Positions 53,014 through 64,000 of a stretch of 64,000 nt of DNA are shown piece by piece. How positions within the stretch are numbered: the first letter of the stretch is position 1; the number at the start of each line of letters is the position of its first letter. The position numbers and the translations under genes are program-made. A model generated the notes under the pieces. It made no database searches, was not told where the DNA came from, and saw only the letters and a list, made by a program, of their open reading frames with translations. Location: NCBI RefSeq assembly GCF_009914755.1, contig NC_060934.1, one strand, 5' to 3'. Source of the DNA: the human T2T-CHM13v2.0 reference genome, Homo sapiens.

Positions 53014-54939
53014 GTTAAATAGAAATCCCCAATTGTGATTGTTTCTGAAGTCATAACATCATTTTTCAAATTTTATGCCTAAATATTAGCAATCGTTCTA
53101 TATATTCCCATTATAACTCCCATATGACTTACTAAAATTTGGTTACTGTTGGTAACTAGAAACTGAAAATAAATGAAATATAAATTTACAGCCAGATGAA
53201 ATATGACTGGTTTATAGGTTTCTCAACATTTTAAGTTAAACAATGAATCAAACAGCTGGCATATTTTTTCCTATATGCAAATTAGGCCTTTTTAAAGCCA
53301 TTCTTGTCTACCACTTTCTTCCCTTCCCTTTTGAAAGTGTAGATTTAAATTCACAAGGAACTGGATGCTTCCTTTACATTTTTGTTCATCTACTAAATTA
53401 TAAGAGTTGGATTATAGGTGCTGAACTGTTATGTTGACTTGGAGTAGAAACTTCTCAAGAACTGTGTCTTTTGATAACGTCGTTCTGTCTTCCTCGACAT
53501 TAAAATGTACTGTTCTGTATACACTGGAAAATGAGAGAGGGAGAAAAAGAACAATCCACAGAAAATCAGTAGAAGTAAAGCACAATCTAGGATGACACTT
53601 TTCTCCTTCTCTTTTCCTATCCACCGACTGCCCTCAGGCTCCTGCCTTCAGTTTCTATTAATGCCAGCCCAGCCTCTTAGAATCTCTCCTGTGTCTCCCG
53701 GCAGCTTTAGAGCCCTGTGAAATTGTAACCCCAACATTGATAGGGACAGGAAGAGCACTTCCTTTACAATAGGGAAGAAGGCCAGGACGGTCAGTTTACA
53801 GGATGCCCCCTGCCAAAGAGAAGTCCCATTCAAAGCACCAGGACAAAAATAGGCCACCCTTTGGCTCTGCCTGAAGTAGGACATCCTGGGATGACGTTTT
53901 TATTACATACACAAAAGGGTTCTGCTGTTCAATTTGACTCTACCTGCAAATCAAAGATAAAATAATTTATCTCCTGACTTGAAGTTGTTCGAGTTCACAA
54001 ATAAGCTTTCTGGGCTTGAAGCGCTAATTGAATGGGTTATTACTGGAAAAATTCAGTCACAAAATAATCTGAAGTTAACATAGTGAAACCTTATATAGCA
54101 CTGCAACTAAGTTCTCAAATAGTTTTTTATCACTCAAATTGAGCAGGGGGAAAGTAAGATCACATTCTTAAATATGAAAATGTTGGACATTATTGTAAAA
54201 ACTCCATTTCTGTAACATGTGGCAATAAGTAAATAAGTAGCATTCTTTGGTGTGGTGTGCCCAAACATTTGAAGTTTTTGCTGTTAAAATGTTTTTAAAG
54301 AAGCATAACAACTTTCAAACAAGATCTTAATAAGAAACTCCAATGCATAAAACAGAAAAAAAGAGGTTTCTGGTTATGAAAAATATTTTACAAAATCCAA
54401 TCTCACTACCAAATTTACCCACTACAAAATTAGTTAGTGAGAATAATAAGGTTGCTTTTAATTTACTCCCAAATTTCAAACTAGGCATTATAGATAATAA
54501 TATTTGTCTCAGTGCTGCATGTTTTCTTTTTGTTTGCAGAATACTGAAACATTCCTGATTAATACAGATGACTAATTTCAAAGAATAACAGTTCTCAATT
54601 TTTCACCCTCTTATGTCAAGATATTCTTCAACTAAATATAGGTAATGAAAATCTTTATTCAAAGTATGCACAAAACAACTTAAGCAGCAACAAATAATAA
54701 CGCACTAGGGGCCTTCAATGTACTAACATTTTATATTTCATTGCAGTTTTCAACAGTTTATAATTGGTCACCTTAAAACTATTATATGTTCATTGTTTAA
54801 ATAGTTTAAAATGTTTCCTTTACTTTGCCTATAAATATAAATCACTTGTCTACATCACACTCGGAAATTACATTGATTTTAGTCAAAGAGGTGACTATAA
54901 TTTTAATTATGTGCCTGTCTCATCGTTGTATATATTTCA

Positions 54940-55969
54940 AATTCTCTACATTTGAGGCACCGTGATCCCATTCATAGGCTAACCCTATAGGAGGCTTTGA
55001 CCATTTTTGGCCCTTATCAGCCAATGTCAACTCAGTCTCGGCTATTCGTCTAAGAATAAATCCTTCTTAGGTCTTCATAGAATCAGTCCTTCCACTCTAA
55101 CTTCAAGAGTCACTCCCCTTGGGAGATGCGATGGATGATATGGGTGAAGGTATGTACAATGAGATTATTAAACAGTTCCCTCTTCAATCTATCCAACCAA
55201 GTTCTGTGTGACCAAAGGTGAATCTGTATTATAAGCACCCTAGGCAGAGAAAGCCAGGTCTCCGTAGCTGATTTAATTCAGCATGTCATTTTTAAAGTAA
55301 ATGTCACACATGTGACAGAATTTGGAGGTCCACCTATATTAAAAGGCCTGAATCAACTGTCCTCCCAATTAGTGGAAGATACCTGCCGTGGGGTTTTCTT
55401 CTGAGAGGACATCTTTCTTATCCTGCATCTAACCAGGGAAGTAAAATGCCTGTGAGAGCCGGCAAAAAAATCCAGTCAGGAGTCAAGCTGCCAGCGCCCC
55501 CTTTGGGGAAACATAGCGCATCTTCCCTAGGAGATTGAGTCACTCACTTTCTTGGAATGAATCACTCTATTTCCTATCATTAGTCAAAAATATCTCATCA
55601 AGCATTAGTTTCTATAATTTACACTGTAAAAACAATGGGCCTATTTTCCCCATGAGTAAGAAAATTATATTACAACACCAATCAATGGTTTTTCAAACTA
55701 CCTCCCTCCTACCCTGATCTCACAGAGGGAGGAAATACACCCTGTCCTGACACTATTCGCCTAACTGAACTAACCAGCAATGACGCTATAATAACGAATG
55801 AGACTGCAACTGCCAATTGGAATTTTGATGATGTCTTCTAACTGTATCCTAATAATTCCCTACATTTGAGGCACTGTGATCATCAATAGGATGGTCCCAT
55901 AGCAGGCTCTAGCACCATTCATTCTTGACCCTCATCAGCCAAAATCAACTCAGTCTTAGCTGCTAGTCT
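54940..55969. repeat. Diverged ~110-bp direct repeat pair (54940-55051 and 55854-55969)
   Basis: both begin aatt.. ctacatttgaggcac.gtgat and end atcagccaa..tcaactcagtct..gct...gtct; about three-quarters identical by eye. Confidence 0.85.
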
Positions 55970-58900
55970 TCCTTTGGTCCTGTACCCAAGTTCCTCTAAG
56001 ACTCAAGTCCTGGCTTATGAAAGCCTACTTGGGGATTGCCACCTGACTTCCAAATCGCAATCTCCAACACTAGATTTTTGCTTCCTGCTGCTAGGTCTGG
56101 TTAACCTTAATTTATTGTTTGACTGCTCTCTAACACTGAATAGGATTCTTCTTACTGCTCCTCTCTCCCTTGAGCCTGGGCCATGTGCTTAGTTGCCTGC
56201 CCGAGTCTTCAACTATCAACTATAGTTGGGACTTTTCTAGTCTTCTGGCCAAAAGGTCAAACATTGGTGGGTCTCCATTCCTGGAGTCAATCTAAGGAAG
56301 GGGCATATTTCTTAGGAAGTTGGGCCTGTAAGACAGCCTTAAGTCTCTCTACCTTGACTTTAACCATGGTTTGTCATACTCAGAAGGAGCTCCTGAGCAG
56401 AGGGCAATAATACATCACCCTCTCCATAGAAAGAAGCTAAACATGTGCAAAGTTAGAGCTAAACTGTGGATACCAGGAATGGGTAGAAATGATGGGTATG
56501 GTAATTGAAAGGAGCCTACAAATTCCTATGAACAATAAATGTTGTCTCTTACTAAGTAAGTAAAAGTTGCCCTCATAATGGAGAAAACCATTAGGATCAC
56601 TGTGCTAATGTATGGATGTTGAAGGAAATGAGGAGAAGATAAAGGCTCTGCCAGTTCTGGCAGAAGATGAAGTCAGGTAGAACAGAAGCCTGGAATTTAT
56701 AGAATAGATTGCTAATATGTTCTAAAATTGTGTTTATATCCCTTTTGCTCTCCCTTGGTGTTTAGCAAGTTCCAGTGGTCTCTGTTGTGTTAATGGAACC
56801 AAAAAAGGGGATTCACCCTTCAGGTCGCCCTTTAAGTCATAGGATAAAATGATCATCAGTGTCTCCTTAGAGTATTGGAAGAGGAACATGAAAGGATGGA
56901 GCCTCATGGGGAAGGTGAAAATGACAGGAAAAGAGTTAGAGTTAGGGCCTCCTGATTTCTTTGAGAGAATATTCTCGAAGATTCTAGGCTCTGCTTATTA
57001 AAGCAAACAACCCCTCATTCATGTCTGCCTTATCCTTGGGTCCTTACTATTCCTAGTGTGGTATATCCTGCCAGAAACCATTTAAGTCTGAGAGCGAATC
57101 AGTGACATGCAGTGGGCGGTAGTGTAGTAGAGTAGAGAGAAGACATGGCCTGAATCAGGAACAGGCACAATCACGGGTCTGTTGTGCCATTTCACAAATG
57201 TCTTGGGTTAGTTAACCTGTCTCTTTCTATTCTAATATGTAGAATAATATACAATCTTTTTCACCCTTTTTATAAGGAATAAAAGGGGTAAGGATGGAAA
57301 GTGCCTTCAGCTATCTAGCACATAGCATGAACAAAAAATGTTGGCTGTTATTATTTCCCATACATAAAAATTGCCCAGGGAAGTTGTGATGTTTTGTGCA
57401 CAAAAATCTCTGACTCGGCATCCTGCAAGTACAGATGGAAGTTACTGGGAAATGAAAGTGTACTCTCTCCTTTCATGTTCTTTCATTTGAAACTAGCTTC
57501 TCCCACAGTAATCTCATATTGCCATCAAAGTAACTCAAGAAAATGAGATTTGCTAGCAGCCCAGGTACTCCATAATTCCATTTACAGGAAGGTACATTCC
57601 AACATCTCTTAGGGAGGGTCCTAATATGTGTCTGGTACACCTTAGGTTACTGTGATAAGTAATAATTAGGCACCCCTCCAGACCCCAAAGACATTCACAA
57701 TCTAGAGGAAGAAACAGGCAAATACCAGCTGATTATGACCTCATATACAATGGTTGTATGTAGTAACAGCAGTACTGAGAAAATTCAGCAAGAGCACAAG
57801 GGAGAGAGAGACTGGTTCTGACCTTTGGGAGCAGAAGAGATGAAAACAGAGGTTACTTTTTCTTGTGAACTTGCAATATTATTTTGGATGACTAGATGAG
57901 AGAAAGGGAAACAGAAAACAATAAGCTCAAGTAAAAATATCTACCACATAGCAATGGATAGTTTAAGGGAATAATAACAGAAGAAAGTTATTAACATCAG
58001 CCAGATTTACATGAGGCTCCCAATTATTTCATTGGAATTACGCCTGTGTGAAGACGATGGGGTCATGCTTGAGGGTCTGCAAATGATGTAGTGAAAGTGA
58101 GAAGCCTTACTTACGCTATTCAGACCTAAAACATCAAGGAATTTATGAATATGCATCACCTTTAAAAAAAGAGAATTGGATTGGCCTTAATGCTCCTAAC
58201 AAAAAATGTTGATGACATTTATTCTATGTAAAATATGGGAGAGTTTTTTAATACAAAGTTAGGACACTAAAAAGTACCATAAAATATAATACATCGAAAT
58301 GAGTGATAGTGCATATCCAAGAGCCTAAACTGAAAAGTACTCAACTGTGTCTTGACAGAATCGGCTTACGAGGAACAAATATATTCCGTTTCCAAAGGAT
58401 AGACATGTTATATACAGAACAATTTGAGATTGTGTTCCTGTGACAGGTAAAAGGTTAAGTCTCTTGGTCTGAGGGTGAAAAGCTTTGAGCGTATTTTCAA
58501 TGTTTCCTTTATCTGAAAGTCACCCACATCTGTCATAAACAGCACACCTACCTGTCTCATTCACCATATTTCTCATTTCAAAACCCTGTATGATCTGGCA
58601 GGTCGGGGACACTGCCACTGGTTCCTGTACTAACTAGGAACTTCAACCTGACAATCACATAATGGATGTGGTGAGGCACTCTGGACATTGTCAGATACCT
58701 GTTGCTGCTACCTTTGTTAAATAACGACCTCAGAGTCTTTACTCAGCTATTTTTTTGCAACTGCCTGGAACCCTCTTCTACTTTATTAAGATCATCTGCT
58801 TTCAATGCTGATGCATCATTCTAGGTCTTTTCTCTTTCTGACTGATTGCTTCTTTTGTCAGCTTTAATTAATGATGCCTGCTGGATTTTAAAACTGTTTC

Positions 58901-61900
58901 CATAAAGATTTCCCAGTCTTTCTCACCCAGCAAGTAAAATGCAGCTTCTTTCTGGAATATGACCTTAATGAACCAAAGGCATCTCAGATCACTAGCCCTG
59001 AGTTCCTTCAATGGGCTCCTAGTAATTTACTGTTTTTAGGAACTTACACACACTCTCCTAGACATTTGCCAATCTCCTTTGCCAATATTTTCAGTGCTTC
59101 CTTTATCTGAAAGCCATCTGTCTCCAATCGGTCTTTGTAAAACTTCCTTGTGTCTCTGAAATATACCACAGCTCTGGTGGCAAGAGCTTCAAAAGCAGAG
59201 TCGAGCATATGAGACACAAGCCTGAGAAAGCTGGAACAGCTCAGCTCAGAAAAGCAGATGGCAGAATGGTTTTCTCACCTTTGCCCTCTAACATCTGAAA
59301 CATGAAGACAAAAGCCAGCCTAGAACACACCACCAATTCCTTTGAGCACACCCACATGAAATTCCCTATTCCTGAGCTTAGCTGTACGATCCCTTCACAA
59401 AAACTGTGATTTATCTAAAAAGAAGCCAAGCAGCAGAAACACCTAAGCTGCTAATATATAGGGAATCACTTGCCGTCAGGAGCAAACCCTTTGGGAAATA
59501 ACCACCTGTCTCCCAGAGGCAGATACAATGACTCAGCTGATGAAGAGGCCAGAAAGGCAGTATTTAGGAAAGCAAGAATCATTAGAAACTTGGGGAGAAA
59601 ATACAAGTTTGCATGGAAGTTACATAAGAAATTTAAGGCACAAAAAGATGATTGCCAGAGTCAGCCAAACAGATACATTTTTCCTAAGTCTCTTGAATAT
59701 TTCTTGGAGAACTAACAAGGTATCTCCCATGGCATTCAAATTAGACTGGCTGGTGTTCTCAGGGTGTTCTGAAGGCCCTGTTCTGATTTCACCTCAATGT
59801 ATTATTTATTTTGTGTCATTTTATATCTGAATTTATGTTAAATTTATACCATCACTAATATTCTGAAATATCTAAGAAGTTGAGGAGAAAGTGTCTTAGT
59901 TCTCCGGATTGTGAAAGTATTACCACCAAAAAAATTGTACCTCAGAGTTCTTATTGTCCATAGTCCTAAGAATTCATTTTATTCTCATATTTTCCACATA
60001 AAGACACTAACAACTCAATGCAGACAGAACCATAAATTTAAAAGTTTGAATGGACACTTCAATTATTGCTGAATTTTATTAAAATACAAATCTATGGCAT
60101 AATACTGTACATACATGAGATATGACTCTATAATTCACAATACCATAGAGGATTTTGAGTGAGAAGTTTGAGTAATTCTGTTAAATAATTTCACTTTGCA
60201 GAGAAAGACACTAACACCCAGAAAAGTAGTGACTTCTAGTGGAACACTGGCTGGAAGCAGGGATGCAATTTAAGCACAGGTCACAAAACTCAAAATGCAT
60301 GTTCATTTTCAACTAAGCGTGAATCTACCCTGAATGGCCACACTGGCCTTTATCATATGCTCTCTCTCAGCACGTCACATCCTATCACAGGCTGCTCATA
60401 TTTCATTAAAATAAAGGCCCTGGTTTCTGGTCCTTTTTTCTCAAGGGGAGAGCATCCTTTCTCCAGTATTAGATCTGAAGAGAAAAACTCTTTTCTCAAA
60501 CCTAAACCACAATCAATGAATGCTATACTTACCATGCTACTTCTTTACACTACCAAATAATAATAATTAAGATTAAAAGAACTAATGCAGTTTAATAAGT
60601 AATGCTTTACAGTTATTAAAATAGTCACCCTACATATAACTGGATCAAAATGATATTTTCAGTGCATACATTTGTTGGTAATGGATAGGAACATCCAAAC
60701 ATGTTATGAAGCACAGATAGGTACATCAACAAGCAGGGTGAATAAAGACGGCCAGGGTGGGCCCAATAATGCATTTGTTTAAATTGAATCTGTATACATA
60801 AGACATACTTTGTCTGACTTCGTCTAGGTGTATGCCCTGACTTCAACATTCCATCAAAAATTGCAGCAAAACCATCCTCAGGAAAAGGCAATCACTGACT
60901 TGAGGACAAGTTAATAACAAGACAATATAACTATTATTTGAACGGCTTAGTATCAGGAAAAGTGTTTGAAATGACTCCCCTGCAAACTCGGATTGGGCAA
61001 GGTCGAAAATCACGCAATCAAATATAAATTCACACATTTCACCCCTGACAGAGTAAAGAGATTGATATGAAAATAGCTTCTCCTCACATTAATCCCTCTT
61101 CTGCAATCACCAAGTCAGCACTGGATACCTCCCTGCCACAAGACGGGAAGAAAGGGGAAGTTCTGTACAATGCTGCTTAGATGCTGAAAGAGGTAGTCAG
61201 CGGGTGGGGGACCCAAGGGGACTGAAGAAGAACAATGGAAGTACAGGTTTACGGATGGGCAATTTGTGCTTTGAGAGAGAAACTAGAACAAAGAAGAGAT
61301 TTACTAAACTAGCTAATAAGGAGGGGCAAAATGGGAAGATTTGGTCAAGAGCTGGCAGAAATCAGTGCTTTTCCATGATTGGAAGGCCAGGGTCCTATAT
61401 TCTAGATAACTGTTGACAAAGTTAAAAAAACAAACAAACAAAAAAAAAAGGTTTGATAAATGTGTCCAACTCCAAACTACCAAAAGGAGAAGACTCGTTT
61501 TAATGAGGCCCCTATTTCTTACAGGATAGTCTCTGTGATATTCTGATTCTCTACAGACAATCTAGTCTATATTTTTGGAGACATTCCCAAATAGTAACCC
61601 CAGTTTTCTTTGATAACCCTGAGTGTAAAAGCATGCATGCTAAGATCTGTTCCTTGAAAATGTTTACTGCTATATACGTGTTTATATTAAGAGTTTAAGT
61701 ATTTACAATTTCTTAAAGAGTTCTAAGACTTTGAATCATTTCTCCATTTTAGTCTTGTTCTTCCTGTACAGACTTCCTTTTTCCCCTAAATTTCTCTAAA
61801 TGTGATCAGATCAACAAAAAATTTAGCTTTTTTTTTTTTTTTAAAGAGATGGGCAGTCATGTACTGTTAGTTCTTTATTGGATTTATAAATCTATCCATA

Positions 61901-61909
61901 AAATAAAAT

Positions 61910-62091
61910 CAGTGGTTTTCTACTTAGGATGCACTATAATATCATGTGGGGAGATTTTTAAATGTATCAGTACCTAGGCCTCACCCCCCGAGATTCCAAC
62001 TTAATTGGCTGGAGTGATGCCCAGGCATTGAAATTTCTTAAAAACTCTCCAGGTACCCACATAGAATGTATAACCAAAGCTAAGAATTTCT
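61910..62091 (+). mobile_element. MER5A/5B
   Basis: cagtggttttc...cctaggcctcacccccc gagattccaacttaattggctggagtg..cccaggcat..aaaactctccagg. Confidence 0.72.
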
Positions 62092-62132
62092 GTCATATCT
62101 CTGTTCTTTGCTATCTTCTTTCCCTAGGTTCT

Positions 62133-62446
62133 TTTTTAAAGTTTTATTTATTTTTTTATTCTTTGAGACAGGGTCCCACTTTGTCTCCCAGGCTGGAGTT
62201 CAGTGACACGATCATGGCTTACTGCAGCCTTGACCTCCCAGGCTCTGGTGATCCTCCCACCTCAGTCTATCCAGTAGCTGGGACTACAGGCTTGTGCCAC
62301 CATGTTCAACTAATTTTTGTATTTTTTGTAGAGACTGGGTTTCACCACCTTTTTCAAGCTGGTCTGGAAGTCCTGGTATCCAGTGATCCATGCGCCTTGG
62401 CCTCCCAAAGTGCTGGGGTTACAGGTGCAAGTCACCACACCCAGCC
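62133..62446 (-). mobile_element. AluJ
   Basis: full dimer; TSD tccctaggttct at 62121-62132 and 62447-62458. Confidence 0.92.
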
Positions 62447-64000
62447 TCCCTAGGTTCTATAGCTAAGAAAGTTCTTTCCTCTTTTGGACTTGTTCCATAA
62501 GTTTTCTTAAACCTTACATTTATCCCTATTAAGAGTCATCTTTTGACCCACTTTTTCAGATCTTGTTATGGTATTTTTGGCAGTCAATATATTTTCTGTC
62601 TGCCTAGATTTGAGGGGATGACCACTGTGTCTGTTTTATCCTGGCCACTGACAAAAACAGTGGCTAGGTCAAGGCCCAAGACAGAACCCTCTGGCATGTT
62701 TTTGTAAAGCTCCCTGTCATCTTTGGGTAAAATCACTCAACTATTTACCATTATTTCTCTTCCTTGCATTTCCCTATCTTTTCCATAAGAATATCAAGAG
62801 TGATCATATTGAACATACATTAAAATTCTCTGATCTATCAGGTTAGTGGCCCTGTTGCAAAGGACAGTCTGATATAACTGTTCCATTTTATTCTCAATGG
62901 TGAACATTTTACAATCTTGCTTAAAAAAAAAAACCCAAACCAAATAATTTTCCAGGAGATTTTTTTTTGAGACAGATAATAGATTTTCTTTACACTTTTC
63001 ATTTCTACTTTTTTTTGGAGCCTTAAATTTCATGAACAAATATAATAAAATCAGCTCAACTCTTTCTCCTCTAGAAAGATTTTTTTTTGTGTGTGGAGGA
63101 AGGGAGCTTTTTGTATATCATGCTCCAAGGGGAATGATGGCTACATTCCACCAAGAAGACATTTTTAACTCTCTGCTGAGGAGCTAAAAATGCTGTCTTC
63201 TTTGCCAAGAAATGTAATCCACTAAAACTATGAAATGGTCCAGAAACACTGAAAAGATTAGCATTGTTTCACACAGAGATTTCTCTCCACACTGTATGAA
63301 ACTTTGTGCCTTCTATGTGGGTACTATAGGTATATACAGTAAAGAAGAAACAGCTCTAAGTCTGCAGAGAGATAATAATGCCAGAGATAAGGGTGCTAAT
63401 CGGTGCTGTTGTCGCCATTCATTAGAACAACTTCTATCACAGAGCTAATCAAGAGGTGAGAAAAATGTTAAGTATTTATTCAGGAAAGAAAAATTATATG
63501 TATTAGATTATTGGTTTTCTTCTCATCTTTACATTTTTAACTATAAATACTTTTATGTTTTGCTTTAAAATGTGATGCTTCAAATTAACACATATCTTTT
63601 TCCTAAAAAATATTTTTTCTGAAAACAAGATAATAGTAGACAAAGTAATAACCTGCTATTTATTCCAAGATATCTGACATAATTGGTCAAAGATTCACAA
63701 AGCCTTGTCTGTGGACAGGGAGATAGGCTGTCTCTATAAGAACACTCTCTAACATCTTAAACATTACCTAACTAAAAGTGATCCACATGCAGAGAACCCC
63801 CGATGTAATGTGCTGAGAAACTACTGTTTGTCAAAGTGTTTCTGATTCTTTTCTTTAGCATACGAAGATGGAATATTTTTGCTCTATTTCTAGCTTTCAA
63901 AAATTATGTTTAGCTCTACTTGGTAACCCCCAATATACTGTCAAAGTGCCTCATGTCAAATATTCAACAACAAAATTATAACACAAATGTCACTTTTAAT

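Overview
AT-rich, CpG-depleted primate genomic DNA, almost certainly human (it carries a full-length AluYd8-type element). There is no recognisable protein-coding gene, RNA gene, CpG island or prokaryote-type system, and the listed ORFs are chance ORFs or Alu/L1/LTR remnants. The window is a mosaic of interspersed repeats: Alu (J/S/Y and monomers), L1, L2, MIR, MaLR/ERVL solo LTRs (MLT1, MLT2, MST), and hAT/TcMar DNA-transposon relics (MER1A/B, MER2, MER3/33, MER5, MER20, MER53, MER58, MER63, MER94). Several are nested and have readable target-site duplications (TSDs). LTR and L1 orientation is skewed to +, suggesting intronic sequence of a minus-strand gene; a few weak minus-strand exon candidates exist. 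The clearest unusual feature is a 132-bp insertion inside an Alu (32488-32619). It is a 124/125-identical inverted copy of unique DNA ~0.4 kb upstream and has a fold-back junction, creating a near-perfect 125-bp inverted repeat. Other local templated or duplicated segments lie at ~48.6, 54.9/55.9 and 58.5/59.1 kb. Repeat family names were assigned by eye from remembered consensus sequences, and boundaries without a TSD are approximate.
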